Source: Octopus sinensis
Taxonomy: Eukaryota
Assembly: GCF_006345805.1 (NCBI RefSeq)
Contig: NC_043001.1
Location: forward strand, 7,998,001 to 8,062,000
DNA: 64,000 bases
Reading direction: 5' to 3'
Shown: positions 49,066-62,382 of the stretch, piece by piece
How positions within the stretch are numbered: position 1 is the first letter of the stretch
Layout of the letters: each line of letters starts with the position of its first letter
Made by a program: the position numbers and the translations under genes
The notes under the pieces: model-generated
The model's input: the letters and a program-made list of their open reading frames with translations, nothing else
The model's database searches: none
Told to the model about the DNA's origin: nothing

Positions 49066-49313
49066 ATTATATAAAAGGGCTTAGTAAAATAAATTACTTT
49101 GCCGCATACTGAACTCATTAGAAATAGCAGCTAAAAAACTTTTTTAAAGCTATTTCTAATACTTAAAGAAAATCTCTCTCATATATATATATATATATGA
49201 GAGAGATTTTCTTTAAGTATTAGAAATAGCTTTAAAAAAGTTTTTTAGCTGCTATTTCTAATGAGTTCAGTATGCGGCAAAGTAATTTATTTTACTAAGC
49301 CCTTTTATATAAT
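49066..49313. repeat. Perfect 248-bp palindrome centred on (AT)9
   Basis: Base-by-base reverse complementarity from attatataaaagggc (49066) to gcccttttatataat (49313). The centre at 49181-49198 is self-complementary. Confidence 0.95.
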
Positions 49314-49757
49314 ATATATATATATAATATATATATATATCCTTATTTTTCATTTTAATTATACTGCAGTGAATTTTTTATACAGTATTTGTTTCCGGAA
49401 ATTTTGGCGGTAAATTACGAGGGCTTTCGAATCATAACTGCGAATATAATTGACTGAACCACACGTGTGTTTGACGTCACGTTAAAATCTGGCGTGGGCT
49501 TCAGTAAATTGTATTCAATACGAATTCTACTGAAGAGCTATATTATGTAAGTAAAATTGCATAATTCATTAATAGCGAAACAATTGTCTAGAATTAATGT
49601 ACATTTTTGTTATTTTTCATTTGTCCAGCTCGTTTACGTTCATAGTTGTACTAATTCTCCTTGGAAACAATTCTTGGTGGTTGAGACCATAGCGGATCTA
49701 TTTTTAGCGCAGGAGTCGACCACATAGTGGACACTCTATTATATTTGTGTATATATA

Positions 49758-49796
<39 letters not shown>

Positions 49797-50958
49797 CACA
49801 CATACGCACACAAACACACACACACATATATGTATATATATATATATAAACATATATATATACATATATATAAACATATACAAACGCATACGTGTGTGTG
49901 CGTGTGTGTGTGTGCGTATGTGAAAATAAAATTTTGCCTGTTTGATACTCCACCGCTTGACAACTGGACAGTCTGTGTTGGTGTGCAACTCAGCGGTTCT
50001 GTTAAAGTTACCAAGAGAATAAGTATTAGGTTTACAAAATATACAGCGCCCGATTCATTTAACTAAAATTCTTCTTGGGGCAGTTTCGAAGTTTGGCCTA
50101 GATCTAATGACCGATACAAATAGAACAGAAAATCAAAAGTTTAAACTTTAAGTATTTCCCAGTTGAAACTGGAATTCGCCCCTCTTCTCTGTCGATATTT
50201 GATTTGAACACGAACATATCATTCAAAATACATTTCTTTATATTTCAACGGAACAGAATGTCACCAAGAGAAATATTGAGATATACATTGTCATGCAAAC
50301 TACGAAGGTATAACACGTACATTTCATAAAAAAAAACATGCACTGCCTCGTATCCGACATACATAAATATTTTTCTCAATCCCATAATGATCGTATAAGT
50401 GAATGTGACGACACAAGATGCTTTTTTGCAAAGCACAGAAAACAATAAATAAGGATGATATTATAATCTAGTGTTCACGACAAAATTCATATATATGTAT
50501 AATCAATCACAAGTTGTCTACTGAAAAAGGAAACCAGAAAATATCAAGGGAAACAGAAGGAAATGTTGTGACACTTTCGACATAATATAAATATTATATT
50601 ACGTCCGGCACATCGTCAAATGTCCCTTGACATTACCGTTGTATTTGATACAGTAGAAATTTTGCTGTACATTTTTTTCTCATTTTAATATTGTCGATAA
50701 TTATTCGCGGGAAGGAATTGCCCGTCGAGCAGACGTGAAACCAAATCTGAAGTACAGTAACGACACCAGTGTTTTCCACATATGTCTCAAAATACAATGT
50801 TCTGTTTATTGAAAGTTCAATTTAATGATTTAACATGTAGCATTCCGGCACTCTGAATTGAACCTCTGAACAATTTAACATCTGAAATTCAGTCACTGAA
50901 ATTCACTGACATACCACACAAACACGTAAAGATTCAGACAAATATCTCTGCCTGTCCG

Positions 50959-51039
<81 letters not shown>

Positions 51040-54000
51040 ATATATATATCAATATATATATAAATACAAGTTATTTTAAAATTATAAGGGGTCAGCTTTA
51101 TGCCTGACCACGCACTGTTGGAAATAGAGGTTACGGTCCTTTTAACTACCTTAAAATCTCCGACACTAACACACTTTATTGTAGGCAAGGAAAAACAATG
51201 AAACAACAAGGCCGGTCAAGTATGGACGAGTCTCGGACTTAAAGTAAAAAATAATTTTACTTACTGTTACTCTTCATCGTAGTACTCCGTACAAGTTCGG
51301 GTGTATTTCAAAATATGTACACGATCAGCAACAGCATATGCCTGCTTTCTATCCACACTCGTAAAAATATACTACTGTGTATAATTAATATTTTCTTTTA
51401 TACACACGTGTGTGTTAATATTTAGACCGCAGTAATTGCAGTTTCGATCATGAAGTGTATTTATTCAAATATTATTTTTATAATAAAGGGTAAAAATCAA
51501 TGATTTTACCAGGTAGCCAGTGCGGAAATAAAAACCTTTTAGGTGAATTTTACAAATTATTTTATAATTATATACATAATTATAACAAAGGGGTCAGCTT
51601 TACGCCTCACCAGGCACCGTTAGAAATTGGCGCTAAGTTCCTTTTTACTACCTTAAAATATTCAAGGTTAACACACTTTATTGTAGGCAAGATTATTTCT
51701 ACGAGTATGGATAGATATCGGCCATAGGATGTCGCTGATCATGTGCGTATTTTGAAATACTCGCTAACTTATACGGAGTACTATGCTCAAGAGTAAGAGC
51801 AAGTAAATTTATTTTTTGCTTTAACTTTGAAACGCATCCATAGTTGACGCTCCTTCTTGGGTCATTATATTTCTTATGCTTGCTTAAATTAAGTAGGTTA
51901 TTCTCAAAGATTATAAGGTAGTAAAAATGACCTTAGCGTCTATTTCTAATGGTGCGTAGTGAGACATTAAGGTGACCCCTTGTTATAATTATGTATATAA
52001 TTATGAAATAATTTGTAAAATTTGCCTAAAACGACACCCACTAGTTTTCATTTACCATGCTTTTCAACAATATTGCAACAGAGGACCTTCTGTGGATACA
52101 AAGGCAATTCTCCTGGATAATGTGTCAGACATGCACACATTACCGTACCGAAAACGGTGAGGACGATTATGTTATGTTGAGAATCTGAGTCCGCACTAGG
52201 AATCCTGAAATCTAAACCCATTGTAGAAGATGAAAAAGACGAAAGCATTTCAAGATGCTGGACAATTTTCCGAACCGAGAATCCCTTTGACATAAATGTA
52301 TCTGTTAATTTGTTAGCTGCAAATCAATATGTGGTATTACTATTCTTCTTTCTTTTAGATTAGTGCAAAAATTACCAAACAAAATGAGTTACGTAGACAA
52401 ATGCGTTATTTTCTATTCATTCATATTTCAACCTGATTTGGTGGCAATGAAAATTTAACGGTCAATAATGTTCCTACATATGCAAATGGCGTTTTATGCA
52501 AATATGCATAATGCATATAAATGTTAATAATTGTCTAGTTTAACACATACACATCCTTCGTATTTCTCAACTTGAATCCAATTGAATCGAAGCCAAAAAT
52601 AAAACAAAATGTAATATATTGCTTAAGATTAGAAGTAAAACAACGGCTACGTAAGCTACACGCTTCATTGATTTGTAGAACATACTTTTAATGTAAACCT
52701 CTATGATATGATTATGCGTGTTCCGTTTTTCCATTTGTTTTCAGCCCATCACAGCTGCGCTAATGGCGTGTTTCCGAGTCGAAAAGTCTTTCAAGTTCAT
52801 AGCATACTACATATTGTTTTTGCCCCACACCTTTGCTGTGTCACATTACAACTCCGCTTGACACCTTCTGCCCTATTGCTCGTTTACTTCGATGATAGAA
52901 TACATTGTTCAACCCACATCTTAGATATCACGTTTACAGTGTATATATTTATTACAGGATTAGACAACCGTCATTTCTTCCGAACGTAAAAAGCGAAACA
53001 TACCTTAGTTAAAGGATGCTGCAATAAAAATAATTTAAATAATAACATTATTAGCAATTATTTGCTGAAAAAGGAAACAAATAATGTTAATATGCATTAG
53101 ATGTTTTCTCGTAAACTGATATGATGCAAAAAAATGAAAGCAAGATCCATAATACATAATTTCATTGCTCTAATCTTTCTCCTACATTTATTTTACTTCA
53201 ATTGAATAATTCTGAATTATGAAGATATAATGGTATTTAAGTACAACTGATTTTTTTTTCTATACAAAATACCAGACAGCCAATTAACAAATGCAAATAT
53301 CCATGATATCGTGATGAATTGGATTAGGTTAATCTGTTTGAGAACATAATTTCTCTATTTTGCCAACTGATTTCGTTAATATAAGCTAAAAGAGAAGCCA
53401 TAACAATTAAATTATAGCTTAAAAAGTTTAGCAAATATTTGTAAATATTTTTCATAATTATATTACTCGTCGTTAGAGAATATATATTCATTTTGAACTG
53501 ATAAAGAAAAATTAAAAACATATGTTTTCAAATAAGAATCGTACGAATTCTCGAAATTTAAGAACATCTACACCTAGCAAATACGGCATCGTGAATATAT
53601 ATATAAGAGTAATGATATTGAAACGTATTCAAATGAAGGTTATTTAAACTGAATTTTAAAATTATCTTGAGGCTACTAGCTAATATTGCAACACGAAATA
53701 AATTCATCATACAAGGACGCGTACAAAGTCAATTTATCAAATGACAGTATGGATATAGATTATAGATGTGTAAGGCCAATTAGCTAAAAAAAATAAATTG
53801 CAAAATGCATCACCATGTCTGTGTGATTACGAAGATTGATTTGCAATCATGCGTGTTCGAGTTTACTTTAACTGTATCTCAGCCTCAGCCAGCATATACA
53901 CTGCAGACGAGCCACTGTATGGTGCATGATTTTGGTGGACAGAAGTGTCTCTTCTCTCTCTCTCTCTTATCATTTCTCGATGTATCTCTCTCTCTCTCTC

Positions 54001-54073
54001 TCTTATGATTTTTCGATATCTCTCTCTCTCTCTCTCTCTTTCTTTACATATATATATATACGTTTCCTTCTCG

Positions 54074-54271
54074 AGGCATAGGTGCGAAATTTTGGGGGAG
54101 GAGGCTCAGTCGATAAGATCGACCCCAGCACGCAGCTGATACTTAGTTTATCGACCGCGAAAGGATGAGAGGCAAATTCGACCTCGGCGGAATTTGAATT
54201 CAGAGCGTAAACACAGAGGAAATACCGCTAAGCATTTCGCCCGGCATGCTAACGTTTCTGCCTGCTCACCG
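54074..54271 (-). mobile_element. SINE family C copy
   Basis: Reverse-complement homology to 21417-21570. Confidence 0.85.
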
Positions 54272-54276
54272 TGTTA

Positions 54277-54350
<74 letters not shown>

Positions 54351-54352
<2 letters not shown>

Positions 54353-54595
54353 AGCTGGTGTACCCGGTAATTCACGGGAGTTAAGATGTTCTATTGAAAT
54401 GCCATATTACTCTGATATAAGAAAGCAATTTCATCATAACTGCCACAAAAAACTGTCGTTTGAAGGAGAGAGAGATTATTGTAGGCTGGCGAGACAGGTT
54501 TTCTGAGATTTTGCGAAAAAGTACTCCAATTCCTCGTGGCATTTTAAAGGTGAACTTTATGAAGGTTAATTTATTAAAGGTAATATATAAATGTA
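54351..54595 (-). mobile_element. Probable non-autonomous Helitron (3' end clear, 5' end approximate)
   Basis: The minus-strand 3' end reads cccgtgaattaccggg (hairpin) tacaccag CTGG|T, which fits the CTRR terminus. Confidence 0.45.
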
Positions 54596-56803
54596 GTCTA
54601 TATATATATATATATATATATATATGAATGAAGTGTTTAATGTTTAAAATGAAATTAAAAAAAGTGCAATAATAATGTTGACACTTACTAATGGTCACTC
54701 TTAGGAACGGCCTTTAGCTTACGGAGTTCTCGTTTTTATACTTATCGCAAAACAGCCAGATTGATAGACACATTGTTGAGAATAAATGATTTCCTTGGAA
54801 GTCTGTTATCTCAATCCCAGCCCCTAGTTTCCTAGAAGAGGTTAGAGGATTAGAAGCGTCAAGTGGCAAAGACATTATTCTGCTTAGAGAAGGCATCTGA
54901 GAAATGTATAACGGCTGTTATTAACAGAAAAATCTGTTTTACCGTGACAAAAGCGCTGTTGAAGTGTTAAGTGAAATTTCGCAATCGAGAATCGAATCCA
55001 TGCTATGCTTGCATGAAGCCATTACAAATACTTCGTGGAATAAGAAAAAAATTATCTACTGTCAATGAAAAAGTGTAATTGTAAAAATGCATAATTATCA
55101 GAGTAATGGGCATTCAAAAAAGTATGTATGTATAAAAATGTATGAATGAAACTTTTAAGCTTTAAGATTCAAATCAAGGAAGTGGAATAATGATGTTTAG
55201 CAGTTCAAAACTGAGTAGTGAAATTGTTAGTTAGGTCTACTGATCGTGAGAATCAAATATTCATGGCTCTGCTAAAAACTACTGGAGGTATGGGTAATTT
55301 GCCTTGGCTTGCTTAAATAAAATATGTAGTTGATAGAAGGATCCATTGGAGGGGCCCTATTATCGATTTTGTCAACTATCCAAGTATGTCACGAGACTTC
55401 CAGACATGGGTTTTTCTCAAGTAACAAATAAGGTATAAAAGTGATATTGTCTTCAAAAATTAGAAATTGGACACACAAAAAAAATCAATATTCAAAGCAA
55501 TTGAACATAAACAATGAAACCTGTAAAATAATTCTAAATTCGATGACTCAATTAGTTCCATGAAAATGTTGTATGAATTGTAAAATAAGTATAAGTGATA
55601 CAAGGTGTCTCAGCTGAATGTGATGCGGAAGCTTGGTTTCATTTTGTAAGAATTTTAAGCATTCAGAGTGTGAACTTACTGTATGTAGGTACAGACATCG
55701 AAAAACGGAAAATCATCGGAGTTATGGGTACTGAAAGTGTACATGCATCAAAGAAGTGCAATAATAAGGTCTAGCAGTTGAAAACTGTGAGTAGTGAAAT
55801 GCAGAATTAGGTTCGATGATCGTGAGAATCAAGTATTGATCACTTCGCTAAAAACTAACAACTGTAAGTGCAGATGATTTGTGTTACTTCCCTTAATTGT
55901 TTAAAAATATATATTGTGCAAGTGGTATGGGTTATTTCCCTTAGGTGTTCAAAAAATAGTTATAGGAGGTAGAGATAAAGATTCCTTCCAGGATCCGTAT
56001 TATCCATTTTTTTTCAACAATCTAAGTATGTCACGAGGTTTCCAGACATGACTTCTACTCACGTGTCAAGTATCACCAAAATCAATAAAGTGATGTAGGA
56101 GAAGTTAGCTAACAACGCTACAAACACACACCGATTTTCCACATTTGTATCATATATATATGGGAGGGTGCGTGTGTGTGTGTTTTTATGTGTGTGTACC
56201 TCTGAGTGTTAGTGTGTTTGTATTTGTGTGATACTGTTTATCCGATGCTACTACTCACATCATTTGTTCATGATCACTAGAAAAACAAAAGCGGCGATAG
56301 AAGAAATACTAAACATAAAAAAAGAAGTACTGGCGTTGGTGTGTCCCAGTGAACATTTCAAGGCGATGCCTCGGCGTAGCTGAAGGCTACTGATGACACA
56401 AATATAATATAACTGATGTAAATTAAATATGTAGATTTAGCAAAAACCCTCGCAGCAAACATTACCGATTATTACTGAAAATACAATATATGAGTGAAAT
56501 AGTATTAGTAGAATGAAAATATGTATACTATTAACCAAGTACATATATCGTAGTATTTACTAGGAAACAAATGAAAGTGTCCAATAGAACCAGCCATCTG
56601 GATATAAATATCATGGTTTAAATCATAAGGAATATTTCTTTCAGTGGAGATAATTATATGCGATTACATGCACTTGTAATGTAAGAATCATTTGAAATGT
56701 GAAATTCAGTCATCACTTTAAATTCCCATCACCATTGCTCTCTCACTCCCCTACCACACATTCTTTCCCTCCATCCTCCCTCTCTGTGTCCCTCTGCATT
56801 TAT

Positions 56804-56894
<91 letters not shown>

Positions 56895-57093
56895 CACTCA
56901 ATAACACTATAAAATGGTCAAACGTTTTCCACGAACACTCCACCAGAATGGACGAAAGCGCTAATGTATGATACATGATGTATAAAAACATGTAATACAC
57001 AAATAAATATATTTAAATGTAAAACCATCCGAATTTCTGAGTACCTCATTTCTTCTAATATAAAATACCTGTACATCATCTCCAAACCTTCTA

Positions 57094-57151
<58 letters not shown>

Positions 57152-57459
57152 TATGCAATTCTGTATTGCCGGTATTTCTTATTCATAGTCAAACTAGAAA
57201 ACGACGTATCACCATCTATTCTGGAAGACATACAGAATTGAAATTTCTATGAACTGAACTAAAAAGAAATTCAACCGATAATATAATAAGTTACCAGTCT
57301 CTGACGTCAAAACCAAAAAGTTTGGAGAATTGGTTGTTGTGAAAAATATGTGGTTTAATGGAATATTCTATATATTTCAATCAGCGCAGTCTAGAGAGAT
57401 TCATGCAATCGAATGACCTATATTTTCAAACATATACTCAATTCTCTTCACCGCATCTG

Positions 57460-57530
<71 letters not shown>

Positions 57531-57815
57531 TATATATGTATATATATATACACATATATATATATATGTATATATACATGCATGCGTATGTATATATATA
57601 TATACACATATATATATATATATATATATGTACATATATATATATGTATGTATACATATACATATATACATATATATGTATGTGTGTGTGAGTGAGTGTG
57701 TGTCTGTGTCTTTCTTTGTGTATATGTATGCTTGTATTTGTATATATATATATATATATGTAGATATATATGTGTAGATATATATCATCTATATGTCTCC
57801 CCTTCTCTCTTTTTT

Positions 57816-57854
<39 letters not shown>

Positions 57855-59636
57855 TATATATATATATACTTATGTGAGCATTTGTGGAGTATGTGTACGG
57901 ATTCTTTACACACTACGACATGCATTGTAATAGCTATATATAGAAAAGTAAAAGGTATTTTTACAGAAAGTCTTGAACTAATTTTAAAAAAACAAACTAG
58001 ATCTTAGAATGCGAGCAGCTTGCATTTTCATATTTTAGTATTCATCTGTGTATATATTTCTCTATATATTCATGTGTACGTGTATATATATATATATTGC
58101 GCACGTTTTATGCAGCATTTTATGAATTTAGATATATACGTAATATAAAATGAAAATGAGTAACAGATAAGAGTGATATTGTAATTATTGCAGAGACAGT
58201 GCTCTACGGTGATAGATATCTGACGTGAAAATATTGATAAAGATAAGACATAATGTCTTCCTCGAGACTAATAGTGTGACAGGCGTATGGACAGCTTCCA
58301 TATATTTTTCATTATCGTAATCTGTACATTGCATGTTTTAATATTTTTGCGAAACCATTCACTATGTCTGTTAGGAGGAATATTGAAGATTACTCATACA
58401 TGCGGATATTCATGCATATGTATGCTTCTGTATTCTAACAGCACTATTGTCTGATAGTTCAATCGCTTTTATCCTTGTGTTTCGTTTTTGCTTTTATTTT
58501 ATATTTCATCCTGTCTGAAACAATAAGTATACCAATGGTATTTAAATTTTCAAAATCACATTTTTCCGGATGAAATTGTGTGAGATTCTGAGGTTACAAA
58601 CTTAGAGCAGCAGGGTTTTGTAATATGTGTGTTCAATATCACCATAAGGCGTTTTACAAACTTGAAATTTATAGCATCGGTAATGAACTAACAGCATTTC
58701 TTGTTAAGATGACTTGTGTTTCTTTTATAATCCTGTAATCGTATTAGCATCATTTATATATTAATCGTCTCTCATTTTCGTTCCCTTGTGTAATAATGCA
58801 TATCAGGTATATATTTTCACATATATTTTACCACCTACTTTCACTTTCTCTTTGGTGCTGCTCAGCAATATATTCCAAGTGTAAATGCATATTCATCATG
58901 CCATTAAAATATAAGATTTCTCACTTGTGGTTTCTTCGTGTATTAACAGGCCTGGACCTTGTTATTAATAATCAGGATTTTTTTCGTTTTACTTTATTTC
59001 TAAAAACGTTTCTTGAGATTCTGGATTTTTAAGATTAATGCAATGTAAGATGTGGTGTGCTCTATTACGTTTTGCCAATATACTGATCTCTTTCATAATG
59101 AGTATACATTGATCCTCATAATACATTTGCACGCGTTATGACATGCATCGCGTTAAGTACACGTTACATTATAAGGGTTTCTTTAGCATTCAATTGATTT
59201 ATCTATTCGTATTTATAGCACAACAGGTAATTATATGTGTCATATCGTTTTGTAAGGTTCCCTTCAGCTAGGCCTTCATTTGAACGTGAATAAAAATGTA
59301 AACATACGATCGTTCATCTTCTTTCTCTAAGTATATCATCATTTATAGATTTCTTGCGACCAGAGTATTTGCGTCTGTAATTTTTTTTTCTTAATTTTCG
59401 TTTGTAATATATTCTGTACTCGTTTAGCACAGAATGTTTATTCCAGTTCATTTTATCACTGTGGGGAGAAACTGCATTATTGTGAAACATTTAAATAATA
59501 TTTTAATAATAAATGTACTTTTAATTAATCTAGCAAAAAATAACAAGTTCTCTCCGCTAAAATTATGCGTCTATATCTGGTATAAACGATGCTAAATGTA
59601 ATTGGCGCCTTCACAGAAATAATAATAACATTCATA

Positions 59637-59855
59637 TACTCTTTTACTCTTTACTCTTTTACTTGTTTCAGTCATTTGGCTGCGGCCATGCTGGAGCACC
59701 GCCTTTATTCGAGCAAATCGACCCCGGGACTTATTCTTTGTAAGCCTAGTACTTATTCTATCGGTCTCTTTTTGCCGAACCGCTAAGTGACGGGGACGTA
59801 AACACACCACCATCGGTTGTCAATCAATGCTAGTGGGACAAATACAGACACACAA

Positions 59856-59896
<41 letters not shown>

Positions 59897-60062
59897 TACA
59901 TATATACGACAGGCTTCTTTCAGTTTCCGTCTACCAAATCTACTCACAAGGAGTTGGTCGGCCCGGGGCTATATCAGAAGACACTTGCCCAAGATGCTAC
60001 GCAGTGGGACTGAACCCGGAACCATGTGGTTGGTTAGCAAGCTACTTACCACATAGCCACTC
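59637..60062 (-). mobile_element. SINE family A copy
   Basis: Reverse-complement homology to 6445-6939. Confidence 0.9.
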
Positions 60063-62034
60063 GTGTTTCTTATAATAACAGTCTCAGTAACATGTGGGAC
60101 TCTAGAGAATTGCATCGTACAAAAACAATATCCGGGTAACGATTTGATAAATCAACGCTTAGTTAAAACAGATAAGAAAAGCATTGTAAATGACATTAGG
60201 GCAACGGCTTCGAAAATTAAGGTTACAATATATAAACATGTTTGCTATTCAATCACATTGTTGCTCGTTCAGTTATACTGCATGGAATCCTGGGTAGGTG
60301 TTTTCTATTCTAGCACTGAGCCGACCGGAGGTTTGTGAGTGGGTTTGATAGAAACGAACTGAATGAAGCCAATCTGTGTGTGTGTGGGTGATCGCGTTTG
60401 TGTGTATGTATGCGTGTGATCTGGTTTATAACTTTGTGTTTTTGTACCGACCACAACGAGACGAATGGCGTTAAATTGTTTATATACCAGCAACATAGCG
60501 ATTTGGATTTGGAGCAAAATATTGATAAATAACAGGTTTTAATATATCTACTGTGGGGAGAGGTGTTGATTTACACCCATCAAGGTACTGCCCCGGCTTA
60601 ACTGTAGTTCAGTCAGAGATATGTACAAGATATATAGATATGTGTAGATATGTGTGTGTATGTATGTGTAAATGTATCTATCTGTCTACCTATATATATA
60701 TATATATGTATACATATACATATATATATGTATATATATATGTATATATATGTATGCTCATATACGTATATACAGTAATCAGCTTTCCATCCTGACATAA
60801 TTGATTCATAATGCGACAGTGTTTTTATCTGAATTTTCTCATCGAATATCGTTTACGATTACTGGTTTATAAGGTATTAATTTTTAGTAGATTGTCTGAA
60901 ACACAAAAGAACATGAATTCTTGAAACCTTTATATTTTCCTTTTAAATACACTGTGATATTGGCATTTGATGTAACCCATTTATAAAATTCAATTACAAT
61001 GTGAGATGTGAAGAAAACGCTACGATCAATTAAATACTATCGCTGTATCATATATCATTATTGAGGATTATTTACATTTGTAATTAATATATGATGTCAA
61101 TATTTTTAGTTTGTATTGTGATCGCTGATGTGCATTGTTCTATTGTGTTTGGCGAATGCGTCATATTTTAATCACATGCTGAGCCGTGAGTGGAATGTTT
61201 TAATTGTTGAGATAATAGATGTTTTTGAGTTACGATGGATGTTGATGTATTCATCTAATTGTGTGAAGATCTGCAACAAAGCCTTTGAGATATCATCAAG
61301 CGATACACTGTAAAGCGAAAGTACTTAATTGTGAATATATGACATTTGATTTATTCAAATGGCATGACCACAAATTTAGTAACCGAAGATTTTCAGGAAC
61401 TGTTTTTGAAGACCAGATAAAGATGAATTAATTCTCTCACTGTTACCATGGTTCCGAATGAAGAATATGTCACATTTTGAAAGATACGCACAAATTAAAT
61501 CAAATGTTTTAAACAGTGAAAGGGTAGAAATTTCGCGCCTCGTTTCACAATGGTCATAAAACGGATTTCAGTTTGAATCTGTATTGCCTTACAACGTACT
61601 CTATAGCGACACAGGAAAATCATTACGGTTATAATGGAATTGAAGTCTTGCGATGCCTGTCGAGGATCTACTTCTCCCATTAGAATTATTTCTGTAGTCT
61701 TAAGGATCTGGAACTCGAAGAAGAAGCTTACAAGCGGAGCGCAATTCAATAGTCGTTTATTTTGTTACTCGTTCATGTGGCTAGTTCCTAGTGACCATCC
61801 TTTTGGCAGCACGTGGTCCGTTATAGCTCCGTTCACGTGAGGTTCATTACTTGTGGAGATAACAGTTGAAGTTAGAGCGGAACAAGAGTCCGCTATGAGC
61901 TGCCAGCTTGCAGTGTTTCTCAGCGTATGCGAGAAGGAAGAGGAAAGGAAGAATGTGTTAATTCTCCTGCTTAAATAGTCGTTATAGAATATCCGGGAAG
62001 TTGTTGCTCCCATCTTAGGAAGTGAAAGGTGTAC

Positions 62035-62382
62035 CAACAATGTAACTAGACGGCACTGTATAATAACAAAGATCCTGCTTACTCCATCTCAAATATGGAT
62101 CCAGCACTGTAATGGCTTGTGTTTCAAGGGTCCACAAGTATTCGACATTCTGCCAAATAACCTCAGAGATTTGCCAGGTGCAGATATGGATGTCTTCAAA
62201 GAATGGATGAGGAAATGTTTATCTTAAATATCACATGGTTTCACATTGTGATAGGAACCACGACGCTGAGCGGCTCCGTCCAACTCGCTAATTCATGAAA
62301 ACTGTGCAAAAAGGAAACTGCTAGACGACACCCCAGCATGATCCCAAGCTTTGGCTGAAACAAGTAAATGATAAGAAGATAA
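62035..62382 (+). mobile_element. CR1-type LINE 3' end (ORF2 C-terminus + 3' tail)
   Basis: Translation TRRHCIITKI...HCNGLCFKGPQVFDILPNNLRDLPGADMDVFKEW matches the CR1 C-terminal pattern (GP.LFN.LP..LR....FK). The tail is ccccagcatg...gctgaaacaagtaaatgataaga. Confidence 0.7.
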
